Shown here piece after piece: positions 13,341 to 26,329 of a stretch of 64,000 nucleotides of DNA. This DNA is from Lama guanicoe. Lineage: Eukaryota. Every line of letters begins with the position of its first letter. The stretch's first letter is position 1. Position numbers and translations under genes: made by a program. The stretch is taken from positions 10,695,186 to 10,759,185 of the forward strand of contig MU054323.1 in the NCBI GenBank assembly GCA_013239625.1, read 5' to 3'. The notes under the pieces were generated by a model that ran no database searches, had not been told where the DNA came from, and worked only from the letters and a program-made list of their open reading frames with translations.

Positions 13341-15335
13341 CAACTTAGCTGTAAGTAGCTAAGAGATCAGGCTGTTGATCAGGCTGTTGGCCAATTATGG
13401 ATTTATTTAAAGATCTTATAAAAAAGCAGCTGAAAATCCATTTTGAACAATTGATTTTTGTAAATAATGAGAATGGCATGCCAAAATCTCTGGCAATCCA
13501 TTCCTGACATAAAGCTAGTTATTGAATTGGGCCTCTGCAGTACAGCTTCCATGCCACCTCCAGCATTTCCCCTAGTTGGGTCCTGTGATACATTTAGGGA
13601 GCTTGGAGACCTGTTAGTGAAAGAAGCCTGATGTCTTCTGGACTCCTCCACAATTACAGGACTTTAGGCCAATTTAGGAGGAAAAGTTGCTAACTTTGAG
13701 ATATCTATTGCCCTTTATACCCTTTTTTATTCTAAGCCCTTTATATTTTCTACTCAGTCCATTGCATTTCAACTGTATTCCCAGTGTCTTCTTACCTTGA
13801 AGAGAAAAACAGAATCTAGCATTCATTTGCCAGCCCTTCTAGTCATCCTGCAGAAACGTAATGGAATAAGCAATGTAAATGTTGTTATGCTAAAAGAACC
13901 ACAGTTCCATAAGATAAATCTCATGCAATCCTATATTTCTCACAAAATCTCAGGGTTGTAAGGTACCTTAGGAGGCCACCAAGTCCATGTCTCATCTCAA
14001 AGCCTTTGGCAATGACAGCTGACCCTTCTGCCACCACCAGCTTCAAGTATATGTGTGTCTGTGTGTGGTGAGGGGGGAGGTCAATCTAATCCATCTTATG
14101 ACTGATAAAAAGATCCTCCTTATTTAGGCCTGACTTCCCTCAAACTGCCTCTTGGGAAACCAGAGGGAAAATAGTTCTATTCTTCTCCTCTAATCAGTGC
14201 TTTATTCATAATAATATGCTCCAACTCATTTGAAATTTTTGAAACTTATCTTTGGAAGCAGGTGCTTTTAAGAAAGATTGCTTCTCTAATCAAACCATAA
14301 AAACAAATCTCAGGAAGAATTATCTACAAGTAGACATTAAAAAATAAACCAATGACTGAATGAATGAACAATAAAAGTAGAGGTTTCATTATTTTCTTTA
14401 TAGATACTATTCGGTCACCACCTGGGTACATCCATTTTGAAGTGAGAGAAGGAGAATATCTCTGTCATCCTCTCCCAGCCTGGCCTGAAAGAACAGAAGA
14501 AGTATCATCTTAAATTTCCTGTCCCCTCAGTAGGGGGCACAGGGCCTAACAAAGAATAAATGCTCGACAAATATTCCAAAGAATATCCAAAAGTGGAAAG
14601 AGCCCCAGAGACCGCTCAGTCCAACCATTTTCCTCCCAGAAAAACAAGAGAAACAAACCAGCAGTACTCAGAGATTAGGCCCCGTTACTGGATATGACCT
14701 TGAAGTTGCTGGAAGACTCAGTGTTTGAGTATCTCTTCCCCCAAACACCTCTTCATATGCTTTTGATGCCTAAAGTTCCTTGAATGAAAGACTAGAACCT
14801 ATTCCAGCACACATTGTCAAGTTTTCCCTTCGGAAGTGTCAAGACCTAAAAAATATAAATTAACCTCAATTCACACTAAGGTGTAAAGGACTGTTGGCAG
14901 GCATTTTCTGGAAAGCTACATGAAACCAACTACAAACAAAAGAATGAGTCAAGTGAGTCCTAAATCTTGTCCCTCTGGGCTAGGTGGTGATGAGTGAATC
15001 AGCATTTTCTCTCTCTAGAAAAATAAAAGGTAGTTTGTAAGAATGTTTGAGTGAACATCCCTTCTTAAACGATGCAATACACGCAACGACGACTTGACAT
15101 GTTGCCTCCCAACCCTGCACTCATTAGGTGTTGACCAGCTCTCCAGTGCTTGCAAGGGTATCTATTACCTGGCTAATTACACATCAGGGCATGCTCCAGG
15201 ATGTCTGAGTCAGGACCTATGAGGCACTGGTACTGTGTAAGAGTTCTTGGTCTGCTCTGGAATGTCACTTCCCACTCACGACTCTATGAATCAGCTGCCC
15301 ACATACAGAAGGTGCTCCAAGCATATGGCCTAAGG

Positions 15336-15963
15336 CAATGCTTCTCAAATGTTAATATGTGTATGAATTACCTAGGGATTGTGTTAGAAATTCAGGTTCT
15401 GATCCTATAGGTCTGGTCTGGCCTGAGATTCGGCATTGCTAACAAGCTCCCAGGTAATGTCCATGTTGCTGGTCCACAGACTATATATATTTTGAGTATT
15501 GAGGGTCTATTCAATAAGGTAATTCCTAAAATTTATTAGGCTTAAGAAGCTTCTTGGGGGCATGTTAAACAAAAACTATCCCTAGATCCCCAACGGCAAA
15601 GACTTTGATTCAGCAAATCTCACGTGGGGCCTGGGAATCCTGAGTGATGCATAGCAAGCAATCAGTGGACAGTACTTTAACAGACACTAACACAGAAGAA
15701 TTATGGAGGGCATGTCTCCTGGCCTGTACAGAGCAGAAACAATTCACCTGCATCCACTCCTCCTGACCACTTAGGGCAGTAGCTCTCAAGCTTTAGGATG
15801 TATCAAAATCACCTGGAGGGCTTATTAAAGCATGTCTTTCTGGGCCCACCCCCAGAGTTTATGACTCAGTAGATCTGGTATGGGGTCTGAGAATTTGCAT
15901 TGCTAACAAGTTTCCAAGTGATGCTGACCTTGCTGATTTGGCCACCACAGTTTGAAAACCAGG
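15336..15963. mobile_element. Cluster of three MER5-type hAT-Charlie MITEs (~15336-15500, ~15515-15690, ~15777-15963)
   Basis: caatgcttctcaaa / cagtagctctcaag termini; cores gcctgagattcggcattgctaacaagctcccaggt and ctgagaatttgcattgctaacaagtttccaagtgatgctg. Confidence 0.8.
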
Positions 15964-17189
15964 GGTCCAGTAAAAGGTAATCTTATTAACATCACCAGGG
16001 CAGCTTTTCAACCCACTTCCACCTACCCACCCTAATTATGACATGACTTGGTGGTGTGGGGCTGGTGGTGTGTCCTTTAAAGCAGATCATCAGGTGCTAA
16101 GCACCCTTAATTCTTAATAGACAACTAGAAGTAAATAAATAGCATCAGGGTACCATGAAGGACCATGCCTGACTTCTTGCCGGCTAGGGTCAGAGGTCCC
16201 AGAAGGTGCTGTACCTTCTATTTCTGAAGTAAGTCCTCAGGGCCAAGCCCAAGGAAAGATCTAATCCTTGCTAAGCAGGAGGGAAGCTTCTAAATAGGGT
16301 GGTGGGATCCCATTCTTCCTCTCAGTTCCCCAAAGAAAAAGGAGTCATAACTGCCTCCAACAGAATGAGCTTCAATCATTTATTGGCCCACACAAGGGTA
16401 GCTTCAGTTTAGCCCAACAGCTTTTCTATATGGAAACTAGGGTGATGCTTTTTAGTTCATGGAGGTCTTCCCCGGATTCTGACAAGACAGGGAGAGGAGA
16501 AATGAGTCCTCTTGTTTCATGGGACAGGAACACACTCTACCTGGGACCTGTGATAATCAGAGGTGTGGTCCCTCCCCTAAAACAATCCAAGACCCTTGAA
16601 ATCAGGTTCATGTCATCTCAGCAGCAGCCCTGAGAAGTATTTCAGGGAGGAGGTGGCAGCCCAAGAACAGCTGTCCCAGACAAACAGCGCCTTAGTTCAG
16701 CATGTGTGTACTTGGGGCTGGGACCAGAGAAGTAGTTTCACTAGGTCTGGCCTGCCCTGTGGTCTCGGCGCTGGTGGAAGCATCAGATTGCATGCTTACT
16801 GGGTATGAGCATCTCAGTTTCTTTTCCTGTTCCTAGGTAATGACTGCATTTTCTGCTCCTCTTGCCTTCTGCCACTCCGAGTTAATGAATGACACCAGAC
16901 AACTGGTTTCCCAGGCAGCATAGGATTCCAACTGTCAGAACCCTACCTGTATGAAGCCCCAGTCTGCCAAACCTTAAGGACAATTCAGAGGCATAAGCTG
17001 CCTTCAGTGAGGTGGCAGGTAGCCAGGGGAGACAGAGTCAGAGAAAGTGCTCATCGTGTTCTCATATTCTGAATTTTTTGGAAACTTTCCTGTTCACATA
17101 TTCTGACTTCTTGTTTGACCACAAGTCCCAATCTTTGATGATGAAAAAATATATAAACCCTAGAAATACTATTAATAATAACCTTAAAA

Positions 17190-17360
17190 GAACAATAATG
17201 GTAACTTCAACATTTTTGAGTCTTATGTGGTGTAGGTGACGTTGTCCCCATTTCATAGACAAAGAAACAGAGACTCAAAAAGCTAAGGTAATTACACAAA
17301 ACTACCACTGTCTAACGTGAGTCTGTCTGTCACCAAAGACCTTCCCTGTCCTCCATACCT
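17190..17360 (-). mobile_element. MIR SINE fragment
   Basis: tgtccccatttcatagacaaagaaacagagactcaaaaagctaaggtaatt. Confidence 0.7.
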
Positions 17361-19212
17361 TGCTGTTTCCCCTGCTACATACGACACCAACTCGGTAGAA
17401 TGGTTCTAAGAGTCTTGTCATCTGATCCTCTGAGTGCCCTCAAATAGTCATTTAGCCTGACTGAGCTCCATGGTATTTAATTTCAATCGTGGGGATCATG
17501 CTGAGGGTTACATACAATGGAATTTATAAAAGCATTTGTACCCTACAAATTTCTACACCTAAGGAAGGGGCTGTTTTTATTTTATTTTCAAAAATGGAGA
17601 AATAGTTCAAATCTTTGTCCACTAACAATGTAGAGTTAGAGGTTCTATTTATCATCATTCATATCACAGATTACAGATGTGAGCACAGAGTTCCTTAACC
17701 GAGGTTACTGTGTTTCTCAAGAAAATCTAATTACTTCCAGATACCAAACTCTTTTCTCAAACACAAACAAAACTGCACCAACACCATAGAATAGCCCTGG
17801 AAGGCAAGAAGAAAGAAAAACAGGCTTGTTATTTCAGCCAGCTATGCCAACCTTGCTCCCCAAGAATTCAAGAGACATACTGAAGACTGAGCAAGGGGAT
17901 ATGGAGCTGGAACAGGCTTGAAGGATGGAGCTTGGTTGGAAGGATGCCTACCCTCAGTAGCAGCTAGCTGAGTGTCTGCCAGGGTCTTCAAGTGAAACCA
18001 AAGGAGATATCCTGTGTGTTGCACACATCGAGCTGCCATGGGGTGGTGACGCCAGCGGGAGTGGGGCTAAATGTGTTCCAACCTTCGTGCTCATACCAAG
18101 CCCTGGATAAGGTTCTGTCTCCTCTGTTGGGCCCATCAGTCTCATTTCTCTTTCTGTCAATATCTTGCTGAGACCCTACCAACTTAGAAAAGGCCTTTGA
18201 AACTAATGTGGTTCAGCCCCTGGCAGAAACACTGAGGGAGGAGGATAGGCTGAGAGCTTCAGGATGTGCAATAAAATGGAAACCCTTCCAATGTTCCCAG
18301 CACTGAGGCATTAAAATAAAATCATTTGACTATTACTTGCTGGATCGAGAAACTGAAGTCATTTTCAGAGCAGCCACTAATCTTAGAAAAAATAATGAGT
18401 GTGATTTGATCCAAGCAAGGAGCCAGAGCACTTGAAGATTTTGCTGCCGGAGGCTGTGCACTTTCATGAGGTGTCGACAAAGACTGGAGCGTGTTACGCA
18501 GGGAGCGCCCCACGGTGAGCATTTGCAGAAGTGGTGGGAGTCGACTAAGTCAAGATCAATGATTTCCTTGATTACCTTGCTTCCCCCTCTTCCAAGCCTG
18601 GTCTCCATCTCAATTTCTATTCCTATCCGCCAGAAAAATAAAGATTGTTTACAGAGCTGAAATAACACCTGCTTGGTTTATCTTATTTTAGAAACAATAA
18701 AAGCTAGGGAGTTGGAAGGATTAAGGAGGAAAAAAATCAATTGTGTTCTTTCATGTTGGAAACATTAAAAAATAAGTCACCCTGCTCTCTGCTCTAAGGC
18801 CCAATTTGGCTCTCCATTACCCAAGGCGATTTCCAATTTCAGCCTGCAACTTCCCAAGGTTTAAACTAGACTACACTGTAACGGGGTGCCCTTGAAAGAC
18901 TCTGAGAAACTTTTCTGATCAGTTTTTGATAATTCCAGGCCATGAATTTGATGCTAAATGTTCCAAAAGAAAAGAAAACATTTACTTTGGCACTAACACC
19001 TAAACATAATAAGCCACCTGAATCTGGCTGAAATGCTTTAAATGTTTTCAAAGCATTTTACATCTTGTTACTTTGTAGCATCTTTGTAAGGAAGGCAAGG
19101 AAGATTTTTCCCCCCATTATACAGATGTAGGCATTGAAACTAAAAAGGAAAACAAAAACAGGAACAAAAAAAACAGTGGACTTCATTTTAAATGTGCTGG
19201 AATCCTCTAGAG

Positions 19213-19415
19213 CAGAGGTCAGAAAACTTTTTCTATAAAGAATCAGATAGTAAATATTTTGGGCTTTGAAAGTTACATAACAGCCTCTGTTGCACATTTT
19301 TAACTTGCCTTTCTTTTTTTTCTTTTTGGTTGCTGTTGTTTGTTCTAACAATGCTTTGAAATGTAAAAATCATTCTTAGCTCACAGGGCATTGCAACTGC
19401 GGTTTCTGATCCTTG
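19213..19415. mobile_element. MER58(B)-like hAT MITE
   Basis: cagaggtcagaaaactttttctataaagaatcagatagtaaatattttgggc...tgtaaaaatcattcttagctcacagg; 8-bp TSD-like ctctagag/atctagaa. Confidence 0.8.
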
Positions 19416-21734
19416 ATCTAGAAGGTTCTGAGTCCTGGACAGACATGATCTTACTCTCAGTTCTTTGCACCTGAGAAAATTCCCACACAGTCCTAAGAGA
19501 CAATGTTCACACCTTATACATAGTACTCTTATTTGGGGAGCATGGAGGGGTTGGCTGAGTTTTGGTTCAACACTGGCTACAGGAATGGCTGTCTGCTGGC
19601 CTCAGAGTTGGTGCTCACTTTAGCATTATGGTGCAACCATGGTTTCTGATTAACGAGGCCCTAGACAAGCCTTTTCTGAGGATCAGAATTGTCCTACTTG
19701 TGTCTGGGACCGTGATTTGACCCCACGGCTTCCATGCCCATGGATGCATCAGAGATGAGTAGGATCTGCATCCTGTGAATGAAGTCTCCTTGGGCTCCTT
19801 TCTGCTCCCCGTCTTTCTGTGTGTGTGCACATAGGACCTGGCACTCTCCTTGGCTTCTTCTTCTCTCTCTAGGCTCTGTTCCTGCTTCATTCATCACTCA
19901 TCCCCATGGGTGACCCCCCTCCTCCTCTCTATTGCTTCTTTCTTTCTTCTCCTCCTAATAAAAAAGGCTTCAGACAAAATACATTTCCTCCTCCATTAGA
20001 TCATCAAGTTTCCCATTATCTGGACATTTCAGACTTGCCTGGAAGAGTCTCAAAGGCAAAGTTTTGTTTTCCTTTTGTTCTCACTATGTCCTATGAGGTC
20101 CCTTCATGTATGTGGAAACCACTGCTTCTTTATATGTTTGGTGTACACTGTCTTCCAATTGACTTCTCCAAGGATTAAAAAAGCCATGTATCTCTCTTTT
20201 TTTTTGCAATCCACATTTCACTTTGCACATAATGAAGGCACTAGATTATTTGCCAAGTGGAAGTCTTTCATGTACCATCCCCTTTCTTCTGCGTGTCTAA
20301 GCTAACTCCTCACTGCTTGCTAGCCTCATCTCTTTTCTGAAGTTAACCAATTTAAATGCAAGTTTGTAGGATCTTCACACAAGACCTTTTTCTTCATTAC
20401 TGTACCTTCTAGTTCCTTGAAAATACTCATCATCCTTCACCTAACTTAGGTTTTCTGTCTGCCTTTCCATTTATCCAATTTAGAGGGTGATTTAGCTGAC
20501 TATATGGTACCTGGTACACAAGAAATGGTAAGTAATAATAAACAGCCAAGCAATACCACTGACTGAGCCCTCCACCAGGTACTTACTTAAGATGTTCTAG
20601 AGAAATAAAAGATCTATGGAAACACATGCGTGTTTCCATGTGCGTGTGCAAGCACATGATTTAGACTTCTAGGGAAGTCTTTGCCTTGACATCTTCTCTG
20701 GAGAGTTTCAAATGTTTGGCTATGACCAATCTGACCATTTTAAATCAGTAATACTCTATGGCTTTTGGACAGCATTGAAAAATCATAAAAAAGATGTCCC
20801 TAATTTCTATCTCTTTTCTATAATCTGGTCCTTTGTATTACATGACCCTGAGGAATCTGTACCTGGAGGAACCCATTAATGATAGGTACCATGTTGAACA
20901 GATCTGAGTATTTATTTAACAATACTGCAGATGAAACTATTAATAAATCACTGCTTCCAAAGTCAAAATTAATTGTCACATTAATTCATTTGTAAGCACA
21001 AGATGTCCACTGCTCCTAAGAGTGCAAATAATAGCTTTGCCAATATGAAAGCAAAACATAATTACTCAACAACAAACACACTGTACACTGTTAACAGCTG
21101 TTATCAACAGCATGTTTGCAACCAAAACAAAGGAAGTATTATAGGATTTTTTTTTAAAACCCCTGCCTATTACTCTCATGGAGATAAAGCCACATGAAGT
21201 GTAACTAAGCTAGAAGTATTTTACTCAGCCACAATTCTACTCCTGCTTTCAGACCAGGCAAGATGCTTGGCCTCATTCTGTCCAGCTAGAAAGTGGGAAG
21301 ATTGAATTCTAAAGGCGAGTTACTTACCAGATCTTCAGGACAGGTCTATTCATTGATGTTGCATGAATATTTTTTTTTTGGCTCATTGATATTAAAGAAC
21401 TAGCTTTGATAACTGCTTTACTCTGGCTGAGAATTTTATATAGGCCCTTCAGATAAACAGAGGTCCATTCAGCAATGGTTGATCACAATTTATACTGAGA
21501 ATCTTGTCTGACAGCCCAAACCATGCGGAAGAAAGTGATGATAAATACAGTCCATTTTGTGAATTTCCATATACACATATACGTTTTTTTCCATAGTCAC
21601 AAGAATGTCAGCACAATTCAAGACAAATGTTTGAAGTAGGCAAAATCTCCTCCCCTTTCGCCACCTGCCCCTTTCCTCCGCCCATTCACACACATACTTT
21701 TCCATATGTTCAGCCTGTCTCTGGACTTCACATG

Positions 21735-21960
21735 ACTAACCTGGGTGAGACTCTTGGTTCCAATACTTATCATCTGGATGACCTCAGGCTAGCTATTTTC
21801 CCCTCAAAGCCTCAGTTTCTTCATTTGAATATGGGGGATAATAATAGTGCTTGCATCGTTATTGGGTAAAGATGAAGTAAGAAAATGCATGTTATACTCT
21901 TGACTGCCACATCTGGCACATAGTAAGGGCTTGCTAAATGTCAACAAGTAGTATTATTAT
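21735..21960 (+). mobile_element. MIR SINE
   Basis: aagcctcagtttcttcatttgaatatgggggataataatag...tctggcacatagtaagg. Confidence 0.85.
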
Positions 21961-24239
21961 TCTTGGACAAGCTCCCCCAGTGCAGAACTTCACCGAGGCC
22001 CACCCTTTCTGGGAATGCCCCAAGTGCTGGACTTCAAAAGCAACATGGACCCATTAGATTCCATAAAGCCCTACCCTGTGCTCTTTGTTAACTAGTCTGG
22101 CCTATAATCTGGTCCAGGTGAGTATATGGATTCATGGGTTGCCCTGTTTGACTGGCATTTGTCTCGCCTGCAGCAGGCACTGTAGATACAAATGTTGGGA
22201 TTCCTGCTCATTTTTGTTTAGAGTGGAAGGAGTGTTTGGGACCCTGGAATGCACAGAACTTTGCAGACAACTCATTAACCTACAGTAAAATCAGGTGAGC
22301 TGTCTTCAACAAGCCTCAACACACCCTTGTATCCATCCTGGAACTCTGAAGAAGCCTCTGGCTGTTTTCATGCCTACAGCCCTCCAGAGCCTCATGGTGT
22401 ACCACCTTCCCTTCGGCTCTAAGGAAAGAAACAACTGCCTATGGCTGCAGGTTTCCCAGAAACCTCTGGTGAATTATTTCTGCCGCTTTAATCATGCCTT
22501 CCAAGGACACAGGACACACACTCCCAGAGGGACTACATCCCCTCTCTCAGGAACTACTGTTACATTGTGGAATCTAGCAGCTGCAGGGTGACTGAGCCTG
22601 AATGGCCCTTACCCACTAACAGAGAATGAACTTAGGGAGCAGACACAGGGCTTTGGTGCCGAAGAACCAAGATAATAGGCCCAATTTATAAATGTGGGAG
22701 GTAACACAGCAGAAAGGGAGAGTAACCAGCTGTCTAAGGCAGACAGTTGCGAGTGGAGTACCTAGGTTTTCCAGCCCTCTGTGATGGGGTTTGGAAACCC
22801 CTGGAGCCTCAGCCCTCCTGCGCCAAATGAGGGCAACAATAAGGATGAGGACTCTCCACTGGGAAAGCAGGCACTTCTGAGGATCAGCTCTCCCCTTCTC
22901 AGCTGAACCTGGAGGGCAGCCTTACTCGGGAGAGTACAGAGTTACACTCTTCCTGGAGAAGTAAATCCTTTAGAGGCACAAGCAAGAGCCAGAGCTAGCA
23001 TCCAAAGCAGAAATGGTATAGAAATGATTTCCAGTGAAATTTAAGCAAAAACTATGGAGTTGCCTTCCCCTTCTGCTGTCTGCTGGGGACTCACTGAGGA
23101 GTCCCTTGGTGTCCTCTTTAAAGAGACCACTGGGCTTATCCTCTGGTTCCACCTGAGCTCAGGTAGAGGGGCATATTTGTGAAACAGCTTGCCCTCTGTG
23201 GACAAGAGTCATCCCCCTAGACGAAGACAAACTTCTGGATGGAGTAAGCAATCTCTCCATCTCTCCCTTTTGGTTCCCGTAATGAGTCCAGAAGTTTAGA
23301 AGGACTTTAAACAGGAGACAAGGAGAATACAACGCATATTTAGTGTCTAATTTAGAAGGTTCATTTAAAAATCAGAAAGCATTCACCTCTACTCAAAAAT
23401 GGCCCATTCTAGGTTAAATTCTTAATTATTCTGGAAAATGCAAATGAGAAGCTATAAATATAGAGTCAGGGAATAATCACAGTCTGCACAGTGTAAATTC
23501 AAGTCAATTGGTAAAGGGGGGAAAGAAAATCATTTGCCTTTGACATTAAATCCAGCTGTTCTTTAAAGTCAGTTTCCCCTAGGTGAGGATTTTGCATTTG
23601 CTATGACCAAACCAGCTCCAAAAACCTTCTGAGTTTAGACAATACTTAATCTGAACATCTAATAGTTCATTCTTCTCTAACATCATTGAACACTTCCATT
23701 AAACCAAAGTTATTATTATCAACATTATGAGGCCTGACAGAAGCAAGTCCATTGTTTAAATGAATTGACCTCCAGTACAATTGACCTTAACATTGCTCAA
23801 CTGCTTGACAGTCTATTATCTCATGATCTCCCTTCAAATGGGCCTCACTGGTGAAATAACTAATCCATTACAAAGGGAAGGTTATTTTAATAGCTGAGCA
23901 GAGGGTTGCTTTTTGCAGTCGCCCCATGAGTATATATTGTGGAGCAACTTGTAACCTTTAATCCACCTGACAAGAGAAAAGCGTGGTGCCAAATCCCTAC
24001 TGCAGGAGAGAGAAAGTAAGAGACTGGTTAGAACTCAGTTATGACTGTGATGATGTCAGCATTTAAAATACAGCAGCTCTTGGAGACATACCCACTGTGC
24101 CTCTAAACTGTGAAGCAGAAGAGGAAATGGGAATACAGGGAGGCTTAAGAAACTAGCTGAAGACACCCAGCCCCACAAGGAAGCTGGGGATGAGGAGAGC
24201 TCTAAGGCCCTTCCTAGGTGCAGGTATCTACAGCAGTGC

Positions 24240-24470
24240 CTCAACAATGGCTTCTGGAGTCAGGTGACCTGCGTAGAGGTCATGTACCACCACCTTCTGT
24301 CTGTGTGACATTGGGCAAGTTGTGTACCTTTGCAAAAACCTCGATTTCTTCAACTGTATAATGAGGGTAATGATATCCACCACATCGGGGTGCTCTGAAG
24401 ATTAGATGACATGTAAGTTACCAGTCTAGCATCAGGCCCATGATAGACACCAAACTAGTGTTATTACAAT
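24240..24470 (+). mobile_element. MIR SINE
   Basis: ctggagtcagg...ctgtgtgacattgggcaagttg...aacctcgatttcttcaactgtataatgagggtaatgata. Confidence 0.85.
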
Positions 24471-25689
24471 GATTATAAATGCCATTATCTCTTTTCAGTC
24501 ACTTTGAGAGTCAGCTTTCCCCCAGAGATGAGACCGCCCTGAGCACCTCTCTGCTTTGATGGAGATCTCAACGTTGAGAGCCCCAAGGATAGGGATTTTC
24601 CTAGGCCATGAATGAGGCCTAATGAAATAGTATAGCTAATAAAAATGAGTGCTTCATAAACCAGGAAATTAAGTGTTTCCCCATCAAACCAAGCTCAGCT
24701 CCCACGTTTATCAGATGCTGGAGACCCAGCTGCCTGTGGAGGAGCTCATGGCACCTCTGCTGCAGGAGACCAGTTGGCCTGCCTGACAGGTCACAGGCTA
24801 TAGCAGAAAGGTGGAGAGAACTGTCTTGTTGTCCCTTTTGTGTCATTTTGAGGGCTGCAATCCATATTTATTTATGATTTGTCTCAGTCCTCTGAGATCC
24901 CTGAAATCTTAACCCATGTCCCCTAATAGCAGGACACCAAAAGGGAGTCTTGGCTCCTATTTCCAGATAATAAGGCCAGAGTCAATTTGCTGGGCAGAAG
25001 GAAGGGTTGGGGAAGCTATAAATGGGAGAGGAAGAAAGAAAGGGGAGGGAAAGAAATGGCTTTCTTCAGGGGTCCATTGCTCACTTTCAAGAATTCGTAG
25101 AACTTGCTCCAGTAACAACTCATTTAGTTTGTCCTCACAGTCACCTTGGGAGAAGGAGATCACAGTCTCCAAAGGACAGGTGAGAGGACAGAGATCAGAG
25201 ACACCCTGTGCCCTCTTTGTGTTCAGCCATAAATACAATGCAACTTTCCCTTAACCCTAATCCAATATTCTCAATGGATTCCCTAAACGGGGTCAACCCT
25301 TGACTTTTTCATGCCAATGAATATACATCACTAATACAATTTTAAATAGTTGTATGATATCCTATTGTATGAATGCAAAATTTACTCAACAGAATCCACA
25401 ACTTTAATGTTGGCTAGTATAAACAATGCTGTGGGGAACAGCACTGAAGATAAATCTGTGTAGACAAAGCAAGCTCATATTTGGAAATCTGACCTTCTCT
25501 GTCTTCCTTGAGCACATAGGTTGGATAACCAACAAAGCCAAACTCCTTCACAGGGTGTTCAGTGTCCTTTAGGTTGCTCTGGATCTCTCAGACCTGCAAG
25601 CCGGGCATTCAAACTTAACACAGTGTAGGATCTATTTTCTTCCCCAGCCACCAAGAATCACTCCGTATACTCCATACAAGCTGTTCTTC

Positions 25690-25970
25690 ACATATTTGAG
25701 AATTGTCTCTCCACTCTCTGAAGCTTTCTTCTCTTCCTCACCATCCCCTACTCATTCTTCAAGACATATCCTAGGAAGTCAGTGCTTTCCTTGGGCTCCC
25801 CAGCACTGCACACACACTTCCACTATGGCACCTAAACAAATGTCAAAAGCTACGTGGAACCATCTCCAAAACAGGCCTGTGACCCTTCAAGGATAAGAAT
25901 TGAGTCCTCCTCATCTTTGTATGCAGAGCAACTAGTATCAGGCTTGAAGCAGAGCTGGAGCTTAATAAAT
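25690..25970 (+). mobile_element. L2 fragment
   Basis: cccctactcattcttcaagac...cttgggctcccagcact...catctttgtatgcagagcaactag...cttaataaat. Confidence 0.5.
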
Positions 25971-26329
25971 TATTATTAAATATAATCCTTTATATACAAA
26001 TTTCTTTATATACTTCACCTGCAGCATATACTTGTGAATAAGAAGCATCCACCTGTCCTTGACAGACTGGAACACATGTCCAGGCGAAGAGGAAGAGATA
26101 TTTACTGCCAGCTTCTGAGTGTGGTTCCTAACCAGCCCACAGCTCAGCTTCCAGAAGGCTCTTCTAGAAGCCACTGTACACCCTGGCCTTCTGAGACTCC
26201 TGGCTCCTGGACAAGGGCAATCCAACCCAGAGGGCAGAAGTGACATCCCTAAATTCAAGGGCTCGTCCAGTAATAATGACATTGGTATAGTCTACTTTTG
26301 ACAGTGGTCTACATGCATTAATAATGAGA

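Noticed and set aside
15188..15207. p53-family response element
   Set aside because: Only one half-site (gggcatgctc) is consensus; the second lacks the core C.
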